From Neoechinorhynchus agilis (lineage: Eukaryota > Animalia > Acanthocephala), in assembly GCA_051530055.1 (NCBI GenBank), contig CM121343.1:6914389-6978388 (forward strand): a stretch of DNA of 64,000 nt. The letters are read 5' to 3'. Numbering within the stretch: position 1 is the first letter of the stretch; each line of letters starts with the position of its first letter. The notes beneath the pieces are model-generated. The model was not told the DNA's origin. It made no database searches and saw only the letters and a program-made list of their open reading frames with translations. A program made the translations under genes and the position numbers. Shown here piece by piece: positions 9,907 through 23,437 of this stretch.

Positions 9907-12620
9907 TAAAAACTTACAAGCAACGTCGTTGCCAATCTTTTCGGAAAAGTATCTATTCTTGGATGATGGATATTGCGACGGATCAGATTCTCCTCCCAGC
10001 CCTATACCTCCAAGAAGGCTCAGGACGATCTCAGCATCAGATAGGTTTCGCCGAAATTCCAAATTACATCACAATGTGTTCAAATCGCCTACAATCGACG
10101 CTGCTGATGCAGATAATTTGAACGCGCCACTTATCGATCATTATCGACCTGAGAAGACCAACGCTACCGGGCTCCCACGCGTCTCTACTGGTTTGTGTCC
10201 TGTTTGCGGTAGGTCTTTTAAATTAACCAATCTGGGGGTTTTGTTTTTCAATGGTCCCGGGATCCGCTGTAGTAAGTCTGGTTCTCCACCACAATTAACC
10301 GAACCTTTAGTGCCTGAGACCTCTCAGATCACCATCGACTCTATTTCTATACCTGATATAGTGCGGGTTCTGCCCAGGAACGTCCTGAAACGGATCACTA
10401 AAGGCGCGCGATATCTGGTCGCCAAACCATTTACGGGATTCCCCAACGAATGCCTCCAAAAGAACCACGGCTGTTCGCCTCCCCGCGCTTAATCCTCTGC
10501 ACCAGCGGTGATTCTGGGGTGTCTTTGACATCAACAATCAAGGAAAGGTTAGCCTCCTTTGCGCACAAATATTTAGCGATTTTGAAAGGAATCTCCGCGA
10601 GGTTCGTAAGAGACGCACGAAGGAAGAGTTTCGCTGCCGTTTTTCAAAGCGATCACTGACTGAACGTGTCTCCTCGAAGCTTGCGAACGGAGATGTTCGG
10701 GGGGCTGTTCGGTTATTGTTATCCTCCGACAGTTTCGCAAAAGGAGACAGCGAGACGCTACAAATACTCCGGTCGAAGCACCCATGTAGTAGCGGAAGTT
10801 TTGAAATTCCATCTCCTCCCATACAAGACAGGACGCCCACTCAAATTTCAGAGTTACAAAAGGCAATCTCATCTTTTGCAAATGGTTCGGGTCACGGGCT
10901 TGACGGGCTAAGGCCTCAGCGCCTAAAGGACATGATGTCCTTTTCAACTGGTGAAGCAGCTCTCCCTAGGAAGTGCGCTTTCTCGAATAGTCCACCGCCT
11001 GACGGGAGAGGACCTGAACCCCGTTGCAAGGGACCTATTTTTCGGAGCCTCATTGTGTGCGCTCACAAAAAAAGAAGGTGGGATCCGTCCCATCGCCGTA
11101 TCTTCGACGATACGTCGACTTGCAGGAAAAATTCTCTGTAAACGTATCACAGAGAAAACCGAGCAACAACTACGCCCAGTCCAACTGCGCATACTGCAAG
11201 GCAGAAGCTATAGTCCACGCTCTCCGAAACTTTACTACGAGGATTTCAGAGCCGTGCGTGATTCTAAAGTGTGATTTTCAGAATGCCTTTAACTCTCTCA
11301 ATAGAGAAACCATGTTCCGCGCAATTAGGGATCATGCCCCAGAAGCCTTCTAGTATTTTCTCAATGCCTACGGGACGGCGACTCCTTTGCTTTTCGAAGA
11401 CCACCTCATTGGGTCCGAAATAGGAGTGCAGCAAGGAGATCCCCTCGGTCCAATCGCATTCTCCCTTACAGTAAATCCAATAGCACATTCTCTCCATTCC
11501 AGCTTCAACGCTTGGTACTTGGATGACGCTACGCTCGGAGGTGATCCCTCCGTTGTACTGCCCGATTTGGAGACGCTGATTAGCGAGACCTCGAAGATGG
11601 GCATTAAGCTCAATGCTGGAAAATGTGAGCTCCTTTTATTGAATATTGGAGATGCCACCAAAGTCAAAGAACTAATGGCTAGGTTCGAGGCCGTAGCTCC
11701 AGGTCTAAAATTCGTGACTCGGGAGCAACTCAGCCTCCTGGGTAGTTGCATCTTTGATTCAAATGTGGAAGCTGAAATCGGCCGTATCATTCCGAAACTA
11801 TCGTTGCTGTGACTTTCAGGTTCTCGCTATGGGGTCGTCCGAGCTAGAATGTTGGCAGTTTCAACACGAGAATCTGGGGCGTGGTTGGAGGCTGTTCCTC
11901 TTGCATCATTGGGAACTCTTCTTACTGATGAGGTAACGAGGATCGCAGTATCCTTAAGAGTTGGTCTCCCGATATGCAAGCTCCATCACTGTCGATGTGG
12001 GTCTTTGGTTGATGTTTTCGGGCGACACGGTCTGGTCTACAGAAGGTCAGGAGGAAGGTTCTCCCGCCATTCTAAGATCAACAGCGTAATTTCTCAGGCG
12101 TTGAGAACGGCGAACTTCCTGAAGATCCTGGAACCCGCCCACCTTTGTCGACTAGACGGCAGTAGGCCCGATGGAATTTCGGTCTTACCGTGGCGGGAGG
12201 GCAAATGCCTTCTCTGGGACGCCACGTGTGTGGGCACCCTCGCAGCCAGCAATATCCGCTACTCCCTCGAAATCGCCGGTGGTGCCGCCATTGCAGCGGA
12301 AGGGAGGAAAATACACAAATATATTCAGTTGTCGAGGGCTCACTATTTTGTCCCCTTTGGGGTAGAGACGTATGGAGCGCTCGGCAGCTCGGCACTCTCT
12401 CTGCGCCAGGATCTCTCGAAGAAATTGAGAGAGGCAACCGGAGACTCGAGAGCAGGCGTATTCCTTCGAAAAAAAATCTCGCTGGCAGTACCACGAGACA
12501 ATGCTGCCAGCGTGATGGCGACGGTCGAGGAAGGACAAAAGCTAGAATTTGGCGGGAGGTGGTGAGTGAGCTTAAAACAGATTGTTTGAATTGTTAAAAA
12601 TGTATTATGTTGGTAAAAAA
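9907..12620 (+). mobile_element. CRE-clade non-LTR retrotransposon (RT + CCHC + RLE), long decayed copy with A-rich 3' end
   Basis: RT motifs GSGHGLDGLRPQ, GIRPIAV..IRRLAGK, KCDFQNAFNSL, GVQQGDPLGP, WYLDDATL. Then CRCG..HGL and RPDGISVLPWREGKCLLWDATC (PD..D nuclease). Many frameshifts. Confidence 0.9.
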
Positions 12621-13327
12621 AATTGAGTGCTGAATCTTATAAATAATATCGAAAGGAACCTTGATTTTCTGTAATACCTTATGGAAAATGATCGTTCTAA
12701 GGCACCGAATACTTTAATCAAATTTAATTGGTAGTTTTTTAGTGTATGTTGGAAGGTTAAGAAGGTGTAATTTTATTAGTTTTAAAATTGATATCTACAT
12801 GTTTGCACCAGAGTTTGAGACCCGCAAATATGCTTAGTAGAAGCGATCTTCAGTACTTCAATTCTTAGTGATTGAACCGATAATGTGATCCATATTAAAA
12901 AAAATGCCCGCGCTTGATCTTAGTCCATTTGCGCTAGGTCATTTTTTCTAAATTCAACAGAAAAAAATGTGGTATGAAGTCCGCAGATTAGTTGGTTATA
13001 ATTTCCTTGGCTCGGTTTTAGATGTTAAGGCTTGTCATTATGGCGATTCTATTGAGATCCAGAAATTGCTCCTATCGACAAAGTCGGAGGTATGCGCCCG
13101 AGGGTCAGGTACACACCTATAGAGATTTTCAAAGCACAAGAAGGTTACTAGCAGCTCTCCTCTGTTCGAGCTTCTTGATAAACTTTTAAGAAATTGCAGA
13201 TTCGGCGAGTTCATGTGAAAAAAGTTGTTATTACTTCTCAATAATTTTTGGGAAGGAGTACAGTGTCTTTTCAAATAAGAAACCTTAGTCCCTTGCACAA
13301 TCGGCAGACAATAGAAAGCTTTATTTG

Positions 13328-14402
13328 TTAAAAGTCGTCAAATAGGCTGCTGAATGGGTCAATAAGTGGATTTTTGAAGTCGACGAGCGGTAAGTTTGGT
13401 CTGTTATCGGTCGGATAAATGCCGCTTATAGATCATGGCAACCTTTTGTTGGAACAGATTCCACCAGTCAATATCTTTGAAGAACTTGTGAGCCTTCATC
13501 CCATCAATTCCGCAATTTCCACATCCATATCGCCTATTTGGATTAATTTTCAAAAGTCCGATGACGAGATCCCGTAGCTCGGATGAGAAATGTTCAGGAA
13601 CTTTGAACCTCCCGGATTGAGCTTTAGCAATGATCCTTATAATATCTGATGCCACAAAGGGCGTGGAACCTGCATTGAGCTCGTATGCCAAAACGCCAAG
13701 AGACCACCAATCGCAACATGTTGTATATCCAAGTCGTCCGGACACTTCTGGGGCCATGTATTGTGGAGTTCCACAAATAGTCATCGCTTTCTCGTTTAGG
13801 AATTTAGCGAATCCGAAATCAGTTACTTTTATATAGCCGCTATCTTCTACCAAAATGTTCTCAGCCTTAATATCCCTATGGACAACACTAATTTGATGCA
13901 AGTAATCCAAAGCGAGGACAATCTGAGCTAGTACCAATCTACTTTCGTCTTCAATAAATCGTAGTTTTGCATGAAAATGTTCAAACAAGTTGCCGGTCGG
14001 TATTAAGCTCATCACAATGTATAAATGGCCACTATCCTTATAAGATCCCAAGAAGTCTACAATATTAGAATGAAATATACTACTCAGTATTGTTTTTTCG
14101 TTGATTGTTCGCTTAATTTGGCTGGTTTGGATAAGAGATCTCTTCTCAAAAATCTTTACGGCACAGTGATCGTGATCTTTGGTACCAGCAGCGACTAATC
14201 CAAAAGCACCTCGGCCAATGATCGTATGAAGGACAATACCACTGGTGTCGAAATTTGGAGACGGTGATGGATTATAGAATTTTTGACGAAAATATATTTT
14301 AGCGTAAGCGTCGAAGCTGTCGAAGCTGCTAAAAAGCTTCCAATCACGAAGTTCATTTGGCACCATTGACATCAGATGATCTTTATGAGGTGAAACAAAC
14401 AA
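13328..14402 (-). CDS. Intronless, divergent cAMP-dependent protein kinase catalytic-subunit-like (AGC) kinase; C-tail out of frame
   Basis: GRGAFG, AVKIF, HRDIKAEN, TDFGFAK, TICGTPQYMAPE, DWWSLGVLAYEL, FSSELRDLVIGLL, IDWWNLFQQKV. ORF stops at 13404; another frame continues YPTDNRPNLPLVDFKNPLIDPFSSLFDDF* (FxxF motif) to 13328. Confidence 0.88.
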
Positions 14403-15019
14403 ACAAGTAGAAAGTCAGCTTTAGTTGATTCGTTGCCATGACTGCAAAAACTTTTTATTGTTCAAAAAGGCAGGGAAATTTTGTCGTTCAAATGAAAATT
14501 ATTTAGAATTTAGACACGAGAAAAATGCTTCTTGCCAATAAAAGATAAATACGAGTTAAGAAACCTTGCGCCGAGTTTTTACATACCGAGTTTTTCAATT
14601 TACAATGTGGGATTTATTGAAAATCGCGAACTTCATCGATGTTCAGCACAATGACCAAAAGCCACGGCGCAGTATAGAAAAGATCTCTATGGTCAAGAAA
14701 CCGGAACCACGGCGAAACTATAGCATGCCATCCCAATCGCGGTTTCTAGACAAAGCCGGTAACCTACTGAAGAGCGATATAATTATCTTATTAGCACGCG
14801 ATCAGGTGGTTCCAGCTTTTGTGTAATTCAATGGAGAGAAGAGATGAAAAACTGATAATTCAAGGAATCGATTCGGAGAATAACCGATTCTCAAAATAAA
14901 AATATATCAATGAAAAGTTCACTAGTGACGTTCGAAAGCTGCTGCAGCGATCGGGAATGGTTGTCCGAATTGTCCAAAGAAGAGCGTTTAGACGAATCTT
15001 GACAAGAATCTGGATATCG

Positions 15020-16023
15020 TGGTGGGAATTAGAGTTTATTGCTTGCGGGAGCGCTTGTAATGTTGGGTCTTTCCTCCGGTTCATTTCAAGTTATGATATC
15101 CGAGAAGATTGGGCAGCATGGAAAAAAGGAGTGTAGATATAGGGAGGTGCGAGGTCAAAGGAGGATGAAACGAATTAGGATTACGAATGTTGTTCTCGTG
15201 TGAAAAGGGAGCGACATGTGGAAGAAATTGTGGTGGTTGGGTTGAGAGACGTTTTTATTGTTTTAAGAAAATAGTATCAAGGCATTCGATGGGAGAAGGA
15301 AAGTCAATTGTGCAAATTTTAGATGCTCTTTTGTGAAGAATTTCAAGACGACGGATTTGAGATTTGGAAAGGTTGCAAAATACGGGGTAACCGTAGGTGA
15401 GGGATGGTAAGACAAAGCAGAAGTAAAATTTGTAAAGATCGGTTGAAGGGATTCCTGTGCCGGAAGCTCGAGGGAGAGAGTGATGTGCGAGTCCCATTTG
15501 AATTTTGATTGAAATTGGATACTCAGAATTCTTAGGAAGATGAATCGTAGGATGTCATTTAGAAGCTCAGGGGATGATGTGGTGTTGCGGGAGAGTAAAG
15601 GGATCATTTCGATGCATTTAAAGAAATTCAGGTGGACTTTGTGATTGGTGCAGAAATCTTTTATATGTGAGATTTCTTTAGAGGTTAAAGAAACGGAGAG
15701 GTGGGGTGGTGAATTGGTGATAAGGGTGATATCGTCGGCGTATGGGAAGAGTTTAGAGTTAGAGGAGAGAGGTTTAAAGTCGTTTAGCAAAATATTAAAG
15801 AAAAGTGGTGACAGCACAGCACCTTGAGGTACGCCTTTGGTGCGGGATAGGCTGATTGAGGAGGTAGAAGAGCAGTGAATGTATTGTTTGCGATTGTGAA
15901 GATAAAATTCGAGCCCGCGGATCTCCCACAAGTTGAGACCAAAGGAGGGACGGTGGAAAGATTTTGTGATGAGTTCTTAAGTTAATAGATACGAAAAGAA
16001 AAGAGTTTGTATCTCCTGTTAAG
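15020..16023 (-). mobile_element. L2/CR1-type LINE, internally deleted copy (3' RT and tail)
   Basis: GVPQGAVLSPLFF, PYADDITL; ~95% identical to 48815-49739. Its 5' end (~16000-16023) matches ~46785-46800, implying internal deletion. Confidence 0.88.
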
Positions 16024-16024
16024 A

Positions 16025-17462
16025 AGGAGGGAGGCTGCGATTGCTGAAATAAAATTTACTTTCTCTCAATGTAGTCAATTTAATCATTAATCTTCAATTC
16101 TGTGAGTTAGCGAAACAGTGACTTACGGTTTGTTTTGAATTTCCTAGCATTCTGTTTGGAATTCTCTGGATTTTGTGCTTTCACGGTGCCATGCGTCGTT
16201 CTCACTTTAATTACGAACTTTAGTCTAAAACGATGAAATGAGTGCGTTAACGTATTTTAAACTCTTATTGAAAGAAGAGAACAACTCAATAAATGGATAA
16301 ACCTTTAAAGCTCCGTTCACATGCCTCAAAGATTAGAGTAAGAGGTGAGTTTGGCTAACTTACTGATTTCAATATCACTAAATGCAGAGAAGATGCTCGT
16401 CGCATTGAAGAAATCACTGTTACTTTTATTTTAGATCCGCATTAAATAGATAATATAAATTAAATCGAGGCTCTCTCCGAAGATTGATTGCGCTACATAA
16501 AAATCGTTAAAAGTTTATTGTCGCCAGTAATTCGAGAATATCTCTAAAGAATACATATTTGCGTCCTCCGAGGCAACTGATTCCTCAAGCATCTTAAAAA
16601 TAAGAAGGACATTTCACGTTTCATTTTAAATATTTCCTTTTAATTCTTTTCAAGTAAGTAAAAATATTCAAGTGAAAAGCCAGCATTCAACTTTTTTAAA
16701 TTCTGTGAATGTTTTAATTGATTAAAAAATCATTCATGTCTTTTGTGAGGCGAGTGTAAAAAGATGAAATTTATTTTTACCAAAATGACAATTTCTCACT
16801 TCGACAAAATCATTCTCCTCTTTTTCAAAGCGAATACAGCAATCCGAGCATGATTTGATTGTAGACCAAATTTTTCAATTAATAAATTAATTTTTTGTGT
16901 CGTCGAATGATTTTTTAGCATCTCTTCTAAAGCAACGATCGAATCTATTCCGCTTTCTTCGAATTTATGAAGACTTCGTTTTCCTACTCCTGGAACACAA
17001 AGCAGATCCTTGTGATCGAATTCGCGATTGAGAAAGCAATCGATCTTTGCCGAAAAAAGAATTGATCCATGTTTGGATCCACCTCCTTACAGCATTTTGC
17101 GGATCTCGTTTCGTTTTCGTTCATCGGTTAATTCGATTTTGTCAATGATGAGCCATTGTGTATAATGTTGCTATGGCAACGATACCGAGATGCTGGCAGT
17201 ACGCGAACCCCAAATTTTTCTTGAACTAGCAAACTTTTCGCAACCTACCGTTGCAACGGTTTGTGGCAGACTGTAAACCCTTTCAAGGACCTCTGGTTCT
17301 TTACGTCCATCATAAACAACCAAATAAAGAAATCAACGAAGTGTCCCATAATCTATATTAGGAGGTTCCGACTAAAAGGTGGCCGCAAACGATTGTTATT
17401 CAATCTAATCTCATGCTTCCGAGACCGATCCTTTATCAACGCTACTTGGCCCATTGGCTAAA
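16025..17462 (+). repeat. Segmental duplication of 7690-9130 (second of three copies)
   Basis: Direct sequence identity at offset ~8338 with scattered SNPs. Confidence 0.92.
16796..17124 (-). CDS. BAF-like copy 2 (1 nt shorter in an A-run; pseudogene or spliced gene)
   Basis: 329 nt vs 330 nt in copy 1; A6 at 17053-17058 vs A7 at 8715-8721. Differences seen in the BAF domain are synonymous (CTT>CTC, TTG>TTA). Confidence 0.5.
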
Positions 17463-17860
17463 AACGATATCCCTAGGATCTCATCCATTACACATTTCGC
17501 CGATAAACTGAAGGTCCACTAATCAACCTGCAGTACGCAATGTTCTTCAATGAATTTATTGGATCTTATTTTGACTTTCAAGACGTGGAAGTGACTATTG
17601 GTAATTAAGATTCGAATTTCCTCGTCTCTGATCTGTCACCTGATCTGGATCAAACAGATCGCAAAAGTTATGAAGATAAATTACGATGCTGCATTATTTT
17701 TATCCTGAAATCCAAGAAAACGGCGAATCCGATACCGAAAGCCGTTTTCCTCTGGCAAGAAAAACAGAAGGATCCCCTACGATAATATTTAATATTCTTT
17801 AAATAAGACCGTTACCCATTGTAAGATGTTGGGATCTTTGAATAAATTCTATAATTTTAT

Positions 17861-18617
17861 TCATTGTCGCATTAAAATGAGTAATAATGAAAAAAACCTG
17901 TTTTTCTGGGGAGCGAAATCTGTACCAAAAAATCTATTTTGTTGATTCTCCACTCTTTTATACAAGGACGAGGATTTCTGGAAATTAGTTAAATATCTTC
18001 TCGGAAGACGGGATTTAGTTAATGGATTTATACAAGATTTGTTTAAATTAGTAACTAAGTTTGCTTCTTTAAGAGAAATCGAAAGCTTGTTAAAATACAA
18101 AGTCATATTATTCAATAAGATGTTTCATAGTCTGGAGGAGCAGAATGGAAAAATGTTATCAGCGTATACTACCGGCTGTATATTTTTGAAGCCTTTCATT
18201 GATTTGAATATAAAAATTATGACTATCCAAAAAAGGGCGGGAGATTAAAGAGTCATGAGACAAGCCAATTCTGGAGTAAAGTTTTGAAGACGAGGGGTCT
18301 ACGTCGTAATAAAATTCTTTATAATCAATTGAGTGTTGAATCTTTTAAATAATATCGAAAGGAACCTTGATTTCCTGTAAAACCTTATAAAAAATGATTG
18401 TTTTGATTCGATATAATCGAAAATAGTTAATATAATCTACGGCTATCTGGGTTTTGACAATCTTAATTGAAACATTTTTCATTCTTTTAGCCTGTTGGTA
18501 TGCAGATATGCCATAAATCTGCCGTATATATTTAAAAATGAAACTGCTCACGATTGGTAAGTAATGGCGACAAAAATTATGTAAATTTATTACACGATTC
18601 TCATCCAAACACTTCAA
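17861..18617 (-). mobile_element. Possible N-terminal remnant of a Penelope-like element ORF (duplicated at 25701-26445; older pieces at 9829-9906 and 12621-12800)
   Basis: FIFKYIRQIYGISAYQQAKRMKNVSIKIVK resembles the typical PLE ORF start pattern (F..YIR..YG......K). No RT or GIY-YIG motif is present in the window. Confidence 0.35.
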
Positions 18618-18720
18618 GACAAATATATTAACTAATGCTTCGTTGTTTATACAAGAATTCTCATTGGATTCTTATAAATTCTTCATCCAAACATTTCAAG
18701 AAAAAAATATAAACTAATGC

Positions 18721-18951
18721 TTGTGGCGGGAGGGCAAATGCCTTCTCTGGACCGCCACGTGTGTTGACACCCCCGTAGTCAGCAACATCCGCTACTCCCT
18801 CGAAATCGCCGGTGGTGCCGCCAGTGCAGCGGAAAGGAGGAAAATACGGAAATATATTCAGTTATCGAAGGCTCACTATTTTGTCCCCTTTGGGGTAGAG
18901 ACGTATGGAGCGCTCGGCAGCTCGGCACTCTCTCTGCTCCAGGATCTCTCA
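18721..18951 (+). mobile_element. CRE RLE fragment
   Basis: WREGKCLLWTATCVDT...FVPFGVETYGALG. Confidence 0.85.
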
Positions 18952-19139
18952 TTGGATTCTTATAGAGGCTTCATCCAAACATTTCAAGAAAAATGCCTTC
19001 CACCTGATATACGTCCTAAAGGGCAAATGTTTGTAAAATGACGTGTTTTAGATATCTGAAGGAGGCCCACGCTCAGGCCCAAAATTAACCGATAGCGACG
19101 AAAATTCTAAGGAAAAAGTTTTGTCTTGACCAAGACTTT

Positions 19140-19930
19140 GTGGTGGCAGTTGAAGAATGGTTCCAGCGGACAGGCGCTGACCAAGTTCCCGTGAATGGCC
19201 TCAGGCAGTCGATCTGGGACAGATCTCTCGTCGCGAGAGCTCATAGTTCTCTACTTTCAGGTTCTCGCTATGATGTCGTCCGAGCTAGATTGTTGGCAGT
19301 TTCGACGCGAGAATCAGTGGCGCGGTGGGAGGCTGTTCCTCGGGCATCTGTGGGAACTCTTTTCACTGATGAGGTAACGAGGATCACGGTGTCCATAAGA
19401 ATTGGTCTCCCGATATGCACTCCCCATCGCTGTCGATGTGGGTCTTCGGTTGACGCTTTCGGACGACAAAGTCTCATAGGCCGAAAGTCAGAAGGAAGGT
19501 TCTCATGCCATTCTGAGATCAACAGAGTAATTTCTCGGGCGTTGAGAACGGCGAACTTTCCCAGACGGTCGTCGACCTGACGGAATTTCGGTCTTTCCGT
19601 GGCGGGAGGGCAAATGCCTTCTCTTGGACGCCACGTCCCTCGCAGTAAGCAACATTCCCTACTCTCTCGAAATCGCTTGAGGTGCAGCGAAAGGGAGGAA
19701 GGTACGAAAATATAGGGATTTAGCAAGGACCCACTATTTTGTTCCCTTCAGAGTAGAGACGTATGGAGCTCTCGGCCGCTCGGCACTCACTCTGCTCCAG
19801 GATCTCTCGAAGAAATTGCGAGAAGCGACCGGCGACGAACGAGCAAGTTTATTCCTGCGACAAAATATCTCGCTTGCAGTACAACGAGGCAATGCTGCCA
19901 GCGTGATAGCGATAGCCGAGGAAAAAAATA
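19140..19930 (+). mobile_element. CRE-clade 3' half (CCHC + RLE), decayed
   Basis: RARLLAVSTRESVARWEAVP, CTPHRCRCG, PWREGKCL, QNISLAVQRGNAAS. Confidence 0.85.
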
Positions 19931-20338
19931 ACTCTTCAAAAAACACTTTCTTTAGGCGGCGGATTTTTAACAGAATGGATAGTGTTCCACATCATAAAGA
20001 AGAATGCCATTAACTTAAGTCGTCGCTTTCAATGCGGTAAAAGCAACTTTTCTCAAGATTTGTTCATCGAACTTCAAGATTTTCGACAATATAACGAGCA
20101 ATCTTTAGCTGTGGCATTTTCTTTTTGCAAACTAAAATGTTATTCAAATGATGGAGGCCATCAGAGTATTAAAATAAAGTATAAAAGAAAATTATTAGAA
20201 GTGAACTTTTTTATAGAACCGATTTGTTGCCCGTTGAGCAAACGTATAAAAAAGGTGTGATCCATTATTGCAATTTTTAACCGAAATTTTTTAGTATTAA
20301 AGGTAAAGAGCCAATGACAAGACGTTTATAAATTGGCG

Positions 20339-22017
20339 TTTTTACTTATTCGGAAATTGGAAGGTAGGAATTAGGCAACATCCCAACAGTTTACGCTTCA
20401 AAATTATGTAATATCCGAGCTCTGCGGAGAACGTTGTTTTAGAAGCTGAATGTTGCCGGAAAAAGTAAATTTGAAAAGAAAGCCTCGTTTAAGAAGTCAC
20501 AACTGAAATCTAAAATTGTCGCGGACAAAAATAATGGCAGTTTTTGAGAAAATTAGATCATGACAATTATGCGCAATTGAAATTTTTTTTAAACATCACA
20601 CAGGAATTGAAAGCAAAATAAAATGAACACCCGATGGATTTTTAATCGATCTTCGGTAAAATTGGAAAAGAAACAAATCGAAAATGGCCTTTAATTTTCG
20701 TACCCGACATTCACGAGTTGCCAACTAAGTTTTATTAAGTCTAAAATTCTAAGATCAACAACGGCAAGCGTTGCACTTATTGCAAACGTTTTGAGCTGCG
20801 TTCTTGTAACAAGAACGTAAGGGAGCCGAAATTGGTTTACGAATAACGTTCCCCTGTTTTTGGATGCTTGAACAGGTTTTGGAACTTCTTTCCTGACAAA
20901 TCGGTTTTCGTACAGTGTCCTGGCGACTTTCCTGGATTGAACTTTGCGCGATCTCCGATTTTGGTTGGATAAATGTTATTCGAATCGCTGGAATCGCAAC
21001 GGCATGCGCTGAGGACGAGCTTTTCACCGATGGATCACAAACTGACTCCGGTTCGCGAGCTTCCTGCGGTTCATAGAATTGTGCTGGCTCACAAACTGAC
21101 TCCGGTTCATAGAATTGTTCTGGTTCGCAAACTGATTCCGGTTCATAGAATTGTGCCGGCTCGCAAATTGACTCCGGTTCATAGAATTGCTCCGGTTCGC
21201 AGACTTCCTTCGGTTCACAAACTGACTTCGGACTGAACGCTGAAGTCCTTTGAGAACAACTTTGACAAACTGGCTCCGATTCGTCGAATTGTGCTGGTTC
21301 ACAGATTGGTGCTTTTTGCGCTTTCATTCTCTGGGCAGGTTCCGGTTTACAAACTGCAAGTTCGGGACTGTTTGGTGTTCGTTGGACCACAACTTTGAAT
21401 GTTTTAACGATATTTTTAGCTGGTTCGGCAGCGCAGATTGGTTCTTGTCTACATTCTGCTGGATAACAGCAGTCTCCGTAGCAGGATGCAATGGCGATTA
21501 AAGCGGAAGTAAAAAAGAGAGCGTTGAAGTTCATTTGAGTTCACGAGTTTGCTATTGATGATCAATGATCAATCGACTCGATCTGCCCCCTTTTATACCC
21601 AAGGAGTTTTGTAAACATGTCGCGAATGTTGTTAATAAGCTAGAATTTATCTCGTAAACGTCGCCTAGTTTCTGTACTTTAAGTTTATTTCCGGTGCATT
21701 TTATTTAACTTCGATTTATGGCTTTATATAATCGTTGATTTTTCAGGTCTTTACGATATGATTTGTTCAGTTTTTCAACTTTTTCAAATTCATCTTGGTT
21801 TCAAAATCTTTTTGATAAGTAGAAGATAAAACAAAATAAGTTAAAATGCTTAAGAATTGCTGACTTTGTAGGATTCTTAAAAAAGTCGAGACATTTAATA
21901 ATTATAATTTTTCTCAGATTTAAATGCATCCTTTTTCAATAACCTTCATGTAGAAATTACTTTTTTGGTATTATCAAACGTTCAATGCGTTGTTCGCATA
22001 GTCGTCCATTCAATCAC
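20339..22017 (+). repeat. Segmental duplication of 1-1905 (with ~240-bp deletion), ending inside the Groucho-like 5' region
   Basis: Offset 20338 to ~1288; 1305-1528 absent; resumes at 21640. Confidence 0.95.
20755..21534 (-). CDS. Secreted Cys/Glu/Pro-rich repeat protein, copy 2
   Basis: Differs from copy 1 at S4N, A9T, S24Y only (from the translations). Confidence 0.8.
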   Translation of the reverse strand: MNFNALFFTSALIAIASCYGDCCYPAECRQEPICAAEPAKNIVKTFKVVVQRTPNSPELAVCKPEPAQRMKAQKAPICEPAQFDESEPVCQSCSQRTSAFSPKSVCEPKEVCEPEQFYEPESICEPAQFYEPESVCEPEQFYEPESVCEPAQFYEPQEAREPESVCDPSVKSSSSAHAVAIPAIRITFIQPKSEIAQSSIQESRQDTVRKPICQERSSKTCSSIQKQGNVIRKPISAPLRSCYKNAAQNVCNKCNACRC

Positions 22018-23437
22018 CAAAACATCGCACGCGCGCTTGTTGTGTTTAAAAAATTTCGTGCGCGGATATGGATTATGGCATTGAGGTCTTGAGACCTCCT
22101 GATCCCTCGGTTGTTTCAAAAAATCAACAGGTTGGTATGCATGAGATCCCCTCGTGTGAAAGTGAAGTTATTTTGAGTGATTGTGCACCCTTGGTTACAA
22201 TCGTTGTTAGAAAAGATCTCTGCGGTCAAGAAACCGGAACCACGGCGAAACTATAGCGTGCCATTCCAATCGCGGATTCCTTGACAAAGCCGGTAACCTA
22301 GTGAAGAGCGATATAAATCTCAGTAGCACGAGATCAGGTGGTTCCAGCATTTTTGTAATTCAATGGAGAGAAGAGATGAAAAACTGATAATTCAAGGAAT
22401 CGATTCGGAGAATAACCGATTATCAAAATAAAAATATATTATTGAAAAGTTCACTAGTGACGTTTGAAAGCTGCTGCAGCGACCGGGAATGGTTGTCCGG
22501 ATTGTCCACAGAAGAGCACTTAGACGAATCTTGACAAGAATCTGGATATCAAGAAACACCGGAAACACATTGTGCCCAGGGATGTCAGTGGAAACAAATG
22601 GCCGACAAGATTCCATTTACCCTCGAAGCATCGTGGTCTACGAGATCATCAGTGAACGATGTTTGACCGATGACAATCGAGGGGGTCATCTATATTGGCA
22701 AAACTGAACGGCCTATGAATCCATGTTCGTAACAAACTGAATCCGGACGCAAAATCATGGCTACATCATTGGCAAAAAGCACAACTCAAAGTGCCACAGC
22801 GACGGAGCAACTCTCGAAGCAAGCTAGGCTTGTGGCCAATGAATCCATGGAACTATCGCCGAGGCACTACTTATATTCCGGATGGTTGAAGAGGGAATGT
22901 GTTTCCGCCGACAATGCGAGAAAGAGCTTTGTACACCAGTTTGACAAAGCCCAAGAAATTCATTAGAATATCCAACCTTGACCACCCAAGGATAGTTCTA
23001 TCTTAAAACTTCTTCAAAGGAAAGCATTTAAGGTCCATCGCAATAAATCTCTAGACTTTCCCCGTTTACAAACAGCACTAAGTAACAAGATACTTGATGC
23101 CCGCAAAAATTTCCTTTCCTCCGAAATTCGTTTAGGTGGCGAGCCGCTGAGGACATTCTCAGTCCATGCAATCGTGATCCCTTCCCAAACTTGTCCTCTT
23201 CTGAACTGGAACATTTCCTATACTCTACTAATCAGAATCTCTGCCCTGACTAAAATTATCAGAGAAGTCCTCTAACATCTCAAGAAATTACCTCTTAACA
23301 AACTGAGTTTTTTATTTGCTAACGATTTCATGGAAGATCTCAATCGCAAACATAATTGAATCAAGAAACATGTCTAGCATCGTGCCCAGGGAAGTCAGTG
23401 GACACAAATGGCACACAATCGTCTACTACTAACAAAC

